Below, piece by piece: positions 28,987 to 39,348 of a DNA stretch of 64,000 nucleotides. Both the position numbers and the translations under genes were made by a program. The notes under the pieces are model-generated. The model was not told the DNA's origin, searched no databases, and saw only the letters and a list, made by a program, of their open reading frames with translations. The DNA is from an uncultured delta proteobacterium (GTDB taxonomy: Bacteria; Desulfobacterota; Binatia; UBA9968). Position 1 is the stretch's first letter. Each line of letters starts with the position of its first letter. The DNA is taken from NCBI GenBank assembly GCA_963771465.1, contig CAVYTU010000006.1, positions 96,001 through 160,000 on the forward strand, read 5' to 3'.

Positions 28987-30107
28987 ACGAACTTGAACCT
29001 TAACCTTCGCGCTACGAATTCGATCGCCGGCGAAAATCACCGCCAGCTCTTGCGGCGGAACGACTTCGAGCTGGGCATAGGTGCAGTCGCTCGGCTTCTT
29101 GTCGGTGCGCCACCTGCGAAACTGCGCCGTGTGACGGAAGCGGCTGCCCTGCATGTGGTCGTAAGCGACTTCGACGACCAGTTCGGGACGGAGCGGCTCC
29201 CAGGACAAGTCCTTGCCCTGGCTCCAGCGGCTCTGGCCGCCCGGCATGCGATGCTCGGCTTCACCGCTCGTCTGCTGCTTGCTCGGCCCAATGTTTCCAA
29301 GGGTGAGCGGCAAGCGCGTTCTTGCGGTACGGCGCGAGGAATTCTACCAGCTCGCGGCGCTTCTTTTCCGTGAAGCTCGCGCAGACGCCGACGTGCTGCA
29401 GCGCGCCGGAGTCGTCGAAAAGGCCGAGCAGGAGCGAGCCGACAGCCGTGCGCTCACCTTTCTTGTGCCAGCGAAAGCCGGCAACGACACAATCGCAATC
29501 GCGCTCGTGCTTGACCTTGAGCATCACGCGCTTATTCGGTTCGTAGGTTCCCGAAACCGGCTTGGCGATGACGCCGTCGAGACCGGCGCCCTCGAAGCGG
29601 CGAAACCAGTCCGCCGCGATGCTCGATTCGCTGGTTGCGGGCGTCAGATGGATCGGCGGCGCTGCGGATGAAAGCAGCGATTCCAGCATTCGTCGGCGAT
29701 CTTGGAACGCCATGCTCCGCAGATCCCGCGTCTCCCTCGCTGAGCAGATCGAAAAACACGATCGACGCCGGGATTTCTCGTGAAAGAAGCTTCACCCGCG
29801 ACGCAGCGGGATGAATGCGGAGCTGCAGGGCATCGAAGTCGAGCGCGTCATTCTTGGCGACGACGATTTCGCCGTCGAGCACGCAGCGCGCAGGCAACTG
29901 TGAGCGGAGCGGCTCGAGCAGTTCCGGAAAGTAGCGGTTGAGCGATTTCTCGTCGCGGCTCTGGATCAGGATCTCGTCCCCGTCGCGAAACACCAGGGCA
30001 CGAAACCCATCCCATTTCGGTTCGAAGATCCATGTTCCGCCTACCGGTAATTCGCCAACCCGCTTGGCGAGCATCGGCAAAACCGGCGGGTTCACAGGAA
30101 GATGCAT
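28975..30107 (-). pseudogene. ligC: ATP-dependent DNA ligase (LigC-like) interrupted by two +1 frameshifts (~29730, ~29280)
   Basis: PMLA, EPKWDGFR, LDGEIV, FFDLL / EGAGLDGVIAK, MLKVK / SRWSQGKDLSWEPLRPELVVEV spread over three frames. Confidence 0.85.
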
Positions 30108-30220
30108 ACCTAAGTCTAGTACTGAACGAACTGTCTATCTATGGGTCAACGGGTTTCAGTCGTTGTCGATCTAGAACTCAACCGTTACCTTGGAGAAAGA
30201 ATAGGAGACTGCTTCATATA

Positions 30221-30300
30221 CCGTCACCCACGAATGTTTTTATCGGGGGTCCAGTCCCGGACTCGCCTGGATTCCCGCTTAAAGCATGCGGGAATGACGG
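30221..30300. repeat. 80-bp REP/dRS3-like palindromic element
   Basis: Terminal inverted repeat ccgtca/tgacgg and internal hairpin attcccgc-N9-gcgggaat. Confidence 0.65.
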
Positions 30301-30496
30301 AGTTCAGATAGGCGATTAACTTTATGCAGCGATGTATTCCGCGTGCGGCGACGCGCAAAACCGAAGCGTCGCAGAATTGCTGTGCCGAATTTCTGAGCTA
30401 ATCCTCGATCACGTGCCGATTGAAACCCATGTTGCGCCGCTGCTTCAATACCTGACTCACTTGATGGTCACGGCGATCGTTGGTAGAAGACCGGCA

Positions 30497-31795
30497 ATGA
30501 AAACACCAAAGCCATCTGCTTTTCTAAACGCCGCTTTGACTTTGTTCTTAACGGTGATGGTTTCCGCAGCCTTTGGCCAAGCGCGCGAACCGGTATTGTC
30601 ATTAGCCGCCAAGGAAAAACCTGGCTTACTCGAAACGTTGAGAGAAATCGTCTCGATCGAGTCCGGCAGCCGCGATTATGCTGGCTTGGGCAAGTTGGCG
30701 GAAGTGATCGGGGAAAAGCTTAAACATCCAGGCGGCCAGGTAGAGTTAGTTGAACCCATTAACATCTACAAGATGGAAGACACGCCCGAGAAAATCGGCA
30801 AGATGGTGCGTGCGACGTTCACCGGCACCGGTACGAAGAAGATCCTGCTCATTGCCCATATGGACACCGTCTACCCGGGCGGCATGTTGGCGCAGCAGCC
30901 GTTCCGCGTCGAAGGCAACCGTGCCTATGGCTTGGGAATCGCCGATGATAAGCAGGGCATCGCGGTTATAATTCACACATTGGCGTTGCTCAAGGCGATG
31001 AATTTCCGCGACTACGGCACGCTCACCGTGCTGATCAACGCCGATGAGGAAATCAGCTCGCCGGGTTCGCGTAGTTTAATCACCAAGCTCGGCGCCGAGC
31101 ACGACGCCACTTTTTCCCTCGAATCGTCGCGCGTCGAATCGGACAAACTGTCGCTCGCGACCAGCGGCATCGCTGCAGTGACGCTCACCGTCAAAGGCCG
31201 GGCGTCGCACTCGGGCTTCGCGCCGGAGCAAGGCATCAACGCTCTCTACGAGCTGGCGCACCAAATACTGCAAACGCGCGACCTATCCAATCCGGCGACG
31301 GGGCTGAAAATGAATTGGACCCTCGCCAATGCCGGCACCACGCGCAACATGATTCCGCCCGGCGCCCAAGCGGCGGCGGACGTGCGCGTGTTGGCCGTGG
31401 CGGATTACGATGAGATCGAAAGAAAAGTGCGCGAGCGCTTGAAGAACCAGCTTTTGCCCGACGCCAAGGTCGAAATGAATTTCGAACGGCGCCGGCCGCC
31501 GTTGGAAGCAACCGCCGCCTCGAGAGCACTGGCGCAACACGCGCAGAAAATTTATCGCGAGCTGGGCAAGGAGCTCGTCGTCGACGATCAGCCGGAAGGC
31601 GGCGGCACCGACGCGGCCTTTGCGGCGCTCCATAGCGAGGCGCCGGTGCTGGAACGTCTCGGCCTGCAAGGTTACGGCGCCCATTCCGCCGACGCGGAAT
31701 ATATACTTATCGACTCCATCGAGCCAAGGCTCTACTTGCTCGCGCGCATGATCATGGACGTGTCACAGGGCAAAACCGCTGATCGAGCAAAATAA
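30497..31795 (+). CDS. M20 family glutamate carboxypeptidase (carboxypeptidase G2-like)
   Basis: Signal peptide; IAHMDTV, GIADDKQG, DEEISS, GGGTD, GAHS. Confidence 0.9.
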   Translation: MKTPKPSAFLNAALTLFLTVMVSAAFGQAREPVLSLAAKEKPGLLETLREIVSIESGSRDYAGLGKLAEVIGEKLKHPGGQVELVEPINIYKMEDTPEKIGKMVRATFTGTGTKKILLIAHMDTVYPGGMLAQQPFRVEGNRAYGLGIADDKQGIAVIIHTLALLKAMNFRDYGTLTVLINADEEISSPGSRSLITKLGAEHDATFSLESSRVESDKLSLATSGIAAVTLTVKGRASHSGFAPEQGINALYELAHQILQTRDLSNPATGLKMNWTLANAGTTRNMIPPGAQAAADVRVLAVADYDEIERKVRERLKNQLLPDAKVEMNFERRRPPLEATAASRALAQHAQKIYRELGKELVVDDQPEGGGTDAAFAALHSEAPVLERLGLQGYGAHSADAEYILIDSIEPRLYLLARMIMDVSQGKTADRAK

Positions 31796-32039
31796 ACGCA
31801 AGCATTCCGCGAAAGAGAAATCAGGGATGAGAAAAGGGGACGCGAGCCTTTTCTTGACGGAATTAATTGCTTTGATTCGGCGTGTCGCGATTCCTTGGTG
31901 AGCGCGCCTAGCGCCGGGTGAATCGTTTTATCACACACTCAATCGGGCGAACGGACGAAGCGAACTATCTTCCAAGCCGGAAGATTATGCCGCGTTTGAA
32001 TGGATTATGATCGCGGCGATGCGCCGCTTTCCAACTCGA

Positions 32040-32108
32040 CTGCCGCATCAACCGCGAGTTCATGCCGAAGGATTGCTCTACCACGTGATGGCCCGTGGTA
32101 ACGACGAT
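32040..32108 (+). mobile_element. 5' remnant of a REP-associated tyrosine transposase (RAYT/Y1)
   Basis: Translates PHQPRVHAEGLLYHVMARGND, the typical RAYT N-terminus, then runs into the end of the DedA gene. Confidence 0.6.
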
Positions 32109-32110
32109 GC

Positions 32111-32704
32111 TCACTCACGCGTTGACAACAGTCGTTTGACATAGATCAATGCGATGGCGAGTAGAACGACATAGGAAACCGGGTTGAGATATTTTTCGAC
32201 TTGTTGAAACTTGTCGCCTAGGACATAACCCCCGTAAGCCAGCAGAGCCGTCCAAAAACCTGAGCCTATAGCAGTGTAAAACAGAAACGAGACCAACGGC
32301 ATTCTCGCGATTCCAGCGGGTATGGAAATCAAAGAACGTATGCCCGGTACGAGACGGCATACGAGAACTGCCAGCCGACCATGCTTCGCGAACCATCCTT
32401 TAGCTCGTTCCAAGTCCTCTAGAGAGATCGTTAACCAGCGACCATATTTGTCGATCAACCGCTTGAGACGCTGCTCGCCAATAAAGTATCCAGCGTAATA
32501 TAAAGCCAGAGCTCCCAGCACTGAACCGATCGTCCCAGCGAGGACAACGCCCGACAATGTTCGTTGCTCTTTTGACGCCATGAACCCAGCAAGCGGCATG
32601 ATGAACTCTGAAGGAATGGGCGGGAAGATATTCTCCAGAAACATGAGAAAGACAATGCCGAAGTAACCCGTCGATTCAATCGTACGAATTATCCAGTTAG
32701 CCAT
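32111..32704 (-). CDS. DedA family membrane protein
   Basis: ENIFPPIPSE..PLAG and RLVPGIRSLISIPAG. Confidence 0.92.
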   Translation of the reverse strand: MANWIIRTIESTGYFGIVFLMFLENIFPPIPSEFIMPLAGFMASKEQRTLSGVVLAGTIGSVLGALALYYAGYFIGEQRLKRLIDKYGRWLTISLEDLERAKGWFAKHGRLAVLVCRLVPGIRSLISIPAGIARMPLVSFLFYTAIGSGFWTALLAYGGYVLGDKFQQVEKYLNPVSYVVLLAIALIYVKRLLSTRE

Positions 32705-33196
32705 TTGTCCTTGCCTCCGTGGGCTCGGTCATAACTGCTATGTTGGCGTAACCCCGATCGAATGTGGATCGAGCACGTCGAGTGCTTCTCAAACTTCTGG
32801 GCCAAGATCGCGCCTTTTACGTTTGTTGCGGCGCTTGTAAAATTTTTAGAGCATTTCAGGATGTATGGCCAATACTACTAGTTGCAACCGATACAAACAT
32901 AACTCAGTGAAGAAAGAGCGCTCGGCTGGTAGAAATTGCTCCTAGCACTAATGAAGAATTTCAGACGGACACACCTTGACATGAGCAGAACGTGCGCTAT
33001 AGGTGAATCAAAGATGAAAAAAATAGAGCCTGCCTGATTCTTCACGCGTAATTCTTCGGGTCTAGTTCTTCTAAAACTTCGTGCGGCATTTTAGCTCCGG
33101 CCGGCTCGCTTCGATCGAGAGCTTTGATCTCCCGATGGCAATCAAACCCGTGGTCGCTTTGAGGTATGAGAAAAATTTTTCCGTAGGGGGACGCTT

Positions 33197-33460
33197 ATGC
33201 GCTTAAGAGAACACCCAAAAATCCAGTGGCCACCGAGGTGGTCGGAGCAGGGTGAAAGCTCGTTTCAAGGAGAAGACGGGATTTTGAAGGATGTGGATTT
33301 TATCGAACCGACCAAGCTTCTTCTAAGCAACGAACTGGACGGGAAAATTTATTTTGCCGAACTATATTGCTTCAACACGGCTTTCGCCTCCAGACTGCAC
33401 GAAAAACTCAAGCCCATTTTTGGCCGACCAATAATGGAAGTGGGGGAACTCGATTTTTAG
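33197..33460 (+). CDS. Hypothetical protein (87 aa)
   Basis: AGGGGG RBS, globular-looking sequence, 33 bp upstream of the PPIase gene. Confidence 0.6.
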   Translation: MRLREHPKIQWPPRWSEQGESSFQGEDGILKDVDFIEPTKLLLSNELDGKIYFAELYCFNTAFASRLHEKLKPIFGRPIMEVGELDF

Positions 33461-33493
33461 AATTTTAGGATAACTTTAAAAAAGGGAGGAATC

Positions 33494-33937
33494 ATGAGAC
33501 TGGCAACACGAGGGGACACCGTAAAGGTTCGTTACCGCGGCAAACTGCATGACGGTTCCGTATTCGATGATACCAGCGATCGCGAACCCCTACAATTTAC
33601 CATCGGTGAAGGTGAAGTCATCCCGGGTTTTGAGGAAGCCGTGGTCGGAATGAAGCCCGGTGAATCGAAGACGGCAGAGCTGCCGGTAGAAACAGCTTTT
33701 GGGCCGTACCGAGACGATATGGTAGTGGTCGTGCCTAAAAGCCGATTCACGCACTTGGACCCGGACCCGACAGTCGGCCAACGCGTGCCAGTGCCTCAAC
33801 CGGAGGGACCGCCCGTAGAGCTAATCGTAACTGAGGTCACCGAGTCGGCAGTGACTGTCGATGCCAACCATCCGTTGGCGGGAGAAGCATTGACGATTGA
33901 CATCCAGCTGATCGACATCGTCCATGGGGCGCACTGA
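33494..33937 (+). CDS. FKBP-type peptidyl-prolyl isomerase (SlyD-like, without His-rich tail)
   Basis: GDTVKVRY.G.L.DGSVFD, VIPGFEEA, DANHPLAG. Confidence 0.92.
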   Translation: MRLATRGDTVKVRYRGKLHDGSVFDDTSDREPLQFTIGEGEVIPGFEEAVVGMKPGESKTAELPVETAFGPYRDDMVVVVPKSRFTHLDPDPTVGQRVPVPQPEGPPVELIVTEVTESAVTVDANHPLAGEALTIDIQLIDIVHGAH

Positions 33938-34208
33938 CTATGAGAGCGAAACATTAGCCTATTATAGAAAAACTTTTTTCAATTTTTGCGCCTGATGGAT
34001 TTTTCTTCATAGAGTTACGCAGATGATTGATTTAAGCACACCGGATTGAAATGCAATGCCGGCCGAGACATCCGGGACTACCAGGGATGGTTAGGCCTGA
34101 TTATTGACTAACTGCCTTGCGCATCTCGCTGGCCGATATTTCGTTAATGACAGGACGGTACCTTCGGCGGTCCTGCGCATCACGCCAGCGTTGAATCTCG
34201 CGAACGCC

Positions 34209-34955
34209 TCAGAGGGTGCCGGCCAGCTTGGCGATCGCCTGCGACGCGCCCTTATCGATCGGATCCCCGTGGCCAAAGACGGCGCGCTGAAACGTCAGTT
34301 TCGCCAGCTTCTTCACACTCTGGTGCGCCTCGGCCATGTCGGCGGTGTACTGGGGACTGGGAAGACTGAGCTTGTTGTCGACGTTGTTCATGGCGTCGCC
34401 CAGGATGAGCATCGACCCGGCCGGATCGAACACGCATACGTGACCGGGTGTGTGACCGGGCGTCGCGATCACGCGCAAGCCGAACACTTCGTCGTTATCA
34501 CCGACCGATTTGATCGGCCGCGATGACTTGATCTGCGGGATGTCCGCGGCGCCGGCGTACGCCGTTGCCTTGGCGGCCGCCGCCAGTACCTCGCCAACGC
34601 TGCCAATGTGATCGCCATGATAGTGCGTCAAGATTACGTGATGAACCGCATCCCAACTTAGGCCAGCAGTGCCAACGACGTCGGCGATCTTTGACGCATT
34701 GTTGGGCGTGCCCGTATCGACGACCGCCGCCTCCTTGCCGCGGATCAGGACGTAGGCATTGACGATGCCCAAGTTGACCCGAAGTGTTTCGGCTGGGCCC
34801 AGGCTCTGAGCCCCGATCGCGAGATCGCGGCCGCCGATGGCGACACTCCATCCGCTGCGCCCGTGACCGAAATTGAGCTCGCTCCATACCGCGAAACCGC
34901 CCAAGGCGACCTGGGCCAACCAGGTTCTGCGACTGATTTGCTGAGCTTTCCGCAC
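34209..34955 (-). CDS. MBL-fold metallo-hydrolase with a Tat-like leader
   Basis: SRRTWL leader; VVDTG, THYHGDH, TPGHTPGH, GDA, FGHG. Confidence 0.88.
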   Translation of the reverse strand: MRKAQQISRRTWLAQVALGGFAVWSELNFGHGRSGWSVAIGGRDLAIGAQSLGPAETLRVNLGIVNAYVLIRGKEAAVVDTGTPNNASKIADVVGTAGLSWDAVHHVILTHYHGDHIGSVGEVLAAAAKATAYAGAADIPQIKSSRPIKSVGDNDEVFGLRVIATPGHTPGHVCVFDPAGSMLILGDAMNNVDNKLSLPSPQYTADMAEAHQSVKKLAKLTFQRAVFGHGDPIDKGASQAIAKLAGTL

Positions 34956-35335
34956 TGAGCACCTCTAGCCTTCAAGACAGGGCGGTTGTCATGCACACGT
35001 ACATGGCGTTAAACATTAAAAACTTTCTCGCCTCATCTTGTGAAAGTCAATCGCGCGCGAGTTGATCTATCTTGCTCATTTGTAGTTCCAACCGAGTCAT
35101 TCGCGATGCAAGATTTTTCTATGTGTAAGGCCACCGCCCGGCTGTCCGCCAAACGACGCTCAGGGCGAGCAGTTGCTCGCCACAACGGTAGCCCTTTTAG
35201 TTACGTTCCCCAAATTTTCCCGTGCGGTAAGTGATTTTTATGACCCCCCCTAGCGGGGCCTAGGCCCGCCTGGTAGATCTTTTAGTATGTGCTAAGGGCC
35301 CGCACGTAGTCTTTCGCTGCGAGAAAGGGGACTAT

Positions 35336-35929
35336 ATGGAAAGGATTTTTTTTCTTCTTTTCATTCTCCATTCCCTTTTAGTTGCTTCATCCATGTCAGC
35401 GGCTGCTGAGAGTCAAACATGGAAGGTACGACCCGGCGACAATCTTGACATCATTGCGACCGCTCTCGAAATTCCCAAAGAGGAAATAAAAAAACATAAC
35501 CCCGAGATTTTAGAGACCAATCTTCAAATCGGCCAGAAGCTAAAACTGCCGTTTCGCTCCTATGTGGAGAGTAAGACGCTGGAAGACGAACTAGGCAAAA
35601 AGGATGCGCGGATTGCGATGCTTGAACGAAAAGGCAGTGATTTGGAGAAAAAAATCGCAATTGCAGAATCGCAATTGGCGTGGCATCCCGTTTGGTTTTG
35701 GGGATTCTGGATTTATTTCGGCATCATTGCATTTATAGTTTCTGGCGCATATTGGATTTTTCGGCAAACGCACCCGCGGGTTTTTGAGCAACCCCATGAC
35801 CGGTCCATCAGAGACTTAAGAGAAAGCCAAATACGAGCGCGGTCAACATTTCCGTCCGAGGAAGAAGGTGCAGGCAGCCGCAGGGGCATATGGCAGCCAT
35901 CACTGAAGCGTTTCCCGACACACCGTTAG
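35336..35929 (+). CDS. LysM domain membrane protein
   Basis: Signal peptide; WKVRPGDNL..IA..NP..LQIGQKLKLP; coiled coil; C-terminal TM segment. Confidence 0.82.
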   Translation: MERIFFLLFILHSLLVASSMSAAAESQTWKVRPGDNLDIIATALEIPKEEIKKHNPEILETNLQIGQKLKLPFRSYVESKTLEDELGKKDARIAMLERKGSDLEKKIAIAESQLAWHPVWFWGFWIYFGIIAFIVSGAYWIFRQTHPRVFEQPHDRSIRDLRESQIRARSTFPSEEEGAGSRRGIWQPSLKRFPTHR

Positions 35930-36384
35930 CTGGGCGCAGATAAGGCCCTCAACTTGCCGGATCCTTCCGCTTTGGCGGGGAGTTCCGTCGACTTCGGCTG
36001 CCAGAAGATTCCGTGACCGGCGCGGGCCAAGCGGATGTGCGCAACCACTTCTCCAATGTTTTTACGCAAGGCCCACCGTCTGAATAGGCGTCCTATCAGG
36101 TTAAAACAAATCGGCTACTGAGACTACGAAACGAATCCTTAGATCAGAAGGCGGCGAATGCAGCGGATTCGTTGCAGATCGGCATGACGACAAACGCTCA
36201 AACAAGAACGAAGGCAATCGCAAATAAAATGAGCACCACCGCTAACAGTGTATTCAATCGTGGCATCCGTTACACTCCGCCCATCCTCGGCTGGGCAAGC
36301 ACGTATCAAGGGCGTTTGACAGCCGTTAGAATGTTAGTCATTTTATAGAGGATAACTTTACCAAACACCTACGGAGAGAAATGT

Positions 36385-37290
36385 ATGAAGACACTGCGAT
36401 TGGAAACCACTGCACCGTTCCAAGGCTTGGCCGAGCTCGTCGCCTATGACGAGGGTTTGTTCGAGAAGGAAGGTATCCAAGTCGAGTGGTTGGACCGGGA
36501 GAAGGGCCTCGACAAAAGCCCGCAGTTGCACATCACGGATCATAAGGACGCCTCGCGCTTCACGAGCCATGGCCGCATGATGGAATCAGGCCAGGCTGAC
36601 CTCTACAACGCTTGCGAATGGGGCAATTTCTCGCGGGTCGAAACCACCAAGGTCGGCAGCCGGCAGGTTGGCCGTCGTTCCATGGTGAATTTCGCCGGCA
36701 TCGTCGTCCGCGCGGATTCGCCGGTGCAGGTGCCGCAGCAATTCGCCAACGTGCAGATCGGCGTTCCCATGTATAGCGGTACACATTATCTTTGCTTGCA
36801 GATGCTGGAAGGCTTCGTGCCGCGCGAGCTGATCAAGATCGGCCGCGTGCCAAACGGCTCCAATTACCGCTTCAAGATGCTCATGGATAAGACCATCGAA
36901 GCGACGACCTTGACCGAACCTTATATTTCGTTGGCTGAGAAAATGGGCTGCCGCGTCGTCATTTCGGCTTTTCACCACGGCACTGACGTGGCATCCGATC
37001 GTGTCGATGGCGAAACCTACGCCGCCTTCAATCGCGCCATACGCGAAGCTGTGCGCCGTATCATGGCGAATAAGCGCGCCTACATGCACTACTTCATCGA
37101 CTACTATCGCGATCGCGATCCGCAGATCAATCAACTCACTGTCGACGATCTGCGCGAGAGCCGCCTTTATCTGGTCGATCCGGCGCCGATCCCGGCCGAT
37201 GAACTCCAACGCACCTACGACTGGATGAAGAGCTGGGATTTCCTCGAGACCGCCCCTTGCGCGACCGATCTCGTCAACATGAACGTGTAG
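36385..37290 (+). CDS. NMT1/SsuA-like substrate-binding protein lacking a signal peptide
   Basis: LVAYDEGLFEKEGIQVEW, GIVVRADSP, TEPYISLAEK.G; GGAG RBS. Confidence 0.7.
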   Translation: MKTLRLETTAPFQGLAELVAYDEGLFEKEGIQVEWLDREKGLDKSPQLHITDHKDASRFTSHGRMMESGQADLYNACEWGNFSRVETTKVGSRQVGRRSMVNFAGIVVRADSPVQVPQQFANVQIGVPMYSGTHYLCLQMLEGFVPRELIKIGRVPNGSNYRFKMLMDKTIEATTLTEPYISLAEKMGCRVVISAFHHGTDVASDRVDGETYAAFNRAIREAVRRIMANKRAYMHYFIDYYRDRDPQINQLTVDDLRESRLYLVDPAPIPADELQRTYDWMKSWDFLETAPCATDLVNMNV

Positions 37291-37454
37291 AACTGGCTAC
37301 GAGCGGGCTCGTGGAGATCCGGCGTCCGCAGTTCGACGGGTCAAATCCAGACGCGATTCAGCCCGGTCCCAGGCCCTATCTCTGCTTTTCCAAATCACTG
37401 CGAGTGAAGTGATCACGATCAGGACGGTGTAGTCGTTGTGCTCGGCTCCCGCTT

Positions 37455-39146
37455 TCAGGCGATGGACACCCGTAGTAGATATTTTCTTCCGGCGAAGGTT
37501 ACGACCCCGAGGAGAATCACCATCAGGACTGAAATCGCCGCAACTTGGGCGATCGTTCCAGCCTGCCAGAGTTCCCATATGACGATGGCGAACAGGTTGT
37601 TTTTCGGGGAATAGAGCAGGATGGCTAGCGATACGTCTCTGATGGTGTGCGAGAAAATATAGAGAAAGCCGGATACGAACGCAGGGACCAGCAGCGGAGC
37701 CAGCACTCGTCTGAAGGTTTGTAACCACGAGGCGCCGCTCACTTCGGAAGCCTCTTCTAACTCCTTATGAATCTGCAAGAGGGCGGCATTGGTGTTGCGC
37801 GTGGCCCAGGGCATGTACTTGGTGACAAAGGCAATGAGCAAAATCCATAGCGTCCCGTAGATCGGCACGGGAATGCTCAGATAGAGAAATACCAACGCCA
37901 TTCCCAAAACGATGCTCGGCGTTGCCAGGGGAGCAAACGCGAGGAAGTCGAGAATTTTTCGGCCGGGAATTTGCGAACGGATAACGATCCATGAAATCAC
38001 GGCGGCCAGCATCATGGTGATGCAACCGCTGGAGATCGCGAGAAAGAGACTGTTCTTTACACCATTGAACACTCCGGGATAGCGCCACGCGGAAGCGTAG
38101 CTCGCGAGCGAGATCGTCTGGACCGCCTTGATGGACGGCACCTGGTAAAAGGGCAGCAACGAGGCCCAGATGAGCGCCAGCATTGGGAGGATGAGATCGA
38201 GCGCGAGGAAACCGAAAAGAAAGGCTGTGCCAAAATATTTCCAGCGGCCAAGATCGATGGGCCGGGGTCGGTAGCCCTTACCCGTCACGGTGACGTATCT
38301 GTCGCTTTTTTTGAGAATTCGCAAATAGTACAACGTGCCCACGGCCGTGAGCCCCAGCACCGTCGTGCCGAGCGCGGCTGCGACGCCGTAGTCGGGAGGA
38401 GACTGGTGCATGGCCAGGTAGATTTTCGTGCTGAAGACGTAGATTTTGACCGGCATGCCAATCAAAGCCGGTATTTCAAAAGATTCTATGGCATTGATGA
38501 AACTGTAGATCATCGCCGCCGCCGATGCCGGAATCATCAGCGGGAACGTGATACGAAGCATCGTAGCGGAATTCCCCGATCCGCAAGTTGCTGAGGACTC
38601 CTCTAGCGACGGATCCATCGAGCGCAGGGCGCCCGCCAACAATAGAAACATCACCGGCACTTGGCGCAGACCTGCTACCAAAATCATTCCATACATCGAA
38701 TGGATATCCAGTGGCGACTGGCTCAAACTCAAAGTCTTGATCAGCGCCAAGTTAATGAGTCCGATGCGAGGATGAAGCAGCATTATCCAGGCGATCGAAG
38801 CGATCATGCCGGGGACGATCGTCGCCACGATGGCCATTACGTAAGCGAGGTTACGAAGCGGCGTGTTGGTGCGCTCGACCAACCACGCCATCATAAACGC
38901 AAAGAAGAAAGCGAAGAGCGTGCTTCCCGTCGCGAAAACTAAACTGTTTTTTAAGAGCGGATAAAGCGCAGGATCGGCATACGCTTTGGAGAAGTTGACG
39001 AAAGTTAATGCACCGGGAACGCCGGGCGGAGTGGTTTTCAAACTGTTCCAAATGAGCATGCCGAGGGGTGTCAGCACGAGATAAACAACCAACATGCTGA
39101 CGCAAAACAGAAATAACCTGTCGGATGGGATTTTTTGTCTTGCCAT
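37455..39146 (-). CDS. FbpB-type ABC transporter permease (two fused halves)
   Basis: Two EAA loops (DPSLEESS..G and ELEEASEVSGA); TVTGKG linker. Confidence 0.9.
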   Translation of the reverse strand: MARQKIPSDRLFLFCVSMLVVYLVLTPLGMLIWNSLKTTPPGVPGALTFVNFSKAYADPALYPLLKNSLVFATGSTLFAFFFAFMMAWLVERTNTPLRNLAYVMAIVATIVPGMIASIAWIMLLHPRIGLINLALIKTLSLSQSPLDIHSMYGMILVAGLRQVPVMFLLLAGALRSMDPSLEESSATCGSGNSATMLRITFPLMIPASAAAMIYSFINAIESFEIPALIGMPVKIYVFSTKIYLAMHQSPPDYGVAAALGTTVLGLTAVGTLYYLRILKKSDRYVTVTGKGYRPRPIDLGRWKYFGTAFLFGFLALDLILPMLALIWASLLPFYQVPSIKAVQTISLASYASAWRYPGVFNGVKNSLFLAISSGCITMMLAAVISWIVIRSQIPGRKILDFLAFAPLATPSIVLGMALVFLYLSIPVPIYGTLWILLIAFVTKYMPWATRNTNAALLQIHKELEEASEVSGASWLQTFRRVLAPLLVPAFVSGFLYIFSHTIRDVSLAILLYSPKNNLFAIVIWELWQAGTIAQVAAISVLMVILLGVVTFAGRKYLLRVSIA

Positions 39147-39348
39147 CGTAAGCACGTAGGACTTTAGCGATGAAGCGACTGTTGAGCCGAGTTATTGACG
39201 CCTTGGCAAGCGCGAGCAATATGCCTCGCCGGGCGATGCCCAAGGACCTGTGCCTTGAGATGCCGGCAAGCTCCACCTAATGACACAACCCGTCGTAAGG
39301 ACGAAAGCGCTGCCACGTCTGCCGAGCCGGCGTGACCGGCGCGGCCAA

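Noticed and set aside
29261-29740. Programmed frameshifting in ligC
   Set aside because: No slippery sequence, and two independent shifts would be needed; error or decay is simpler.
30332-30496. N-terminal extension of the carboxypeptidase ORF
   Set aside because: The signal peptide begins at Met 30497.
32976-33003. TTGACA-N16-TATAGG promoter-like sequence
   Set aside because: Suboptimal spacing and -10 box; not supportable without TSS data.
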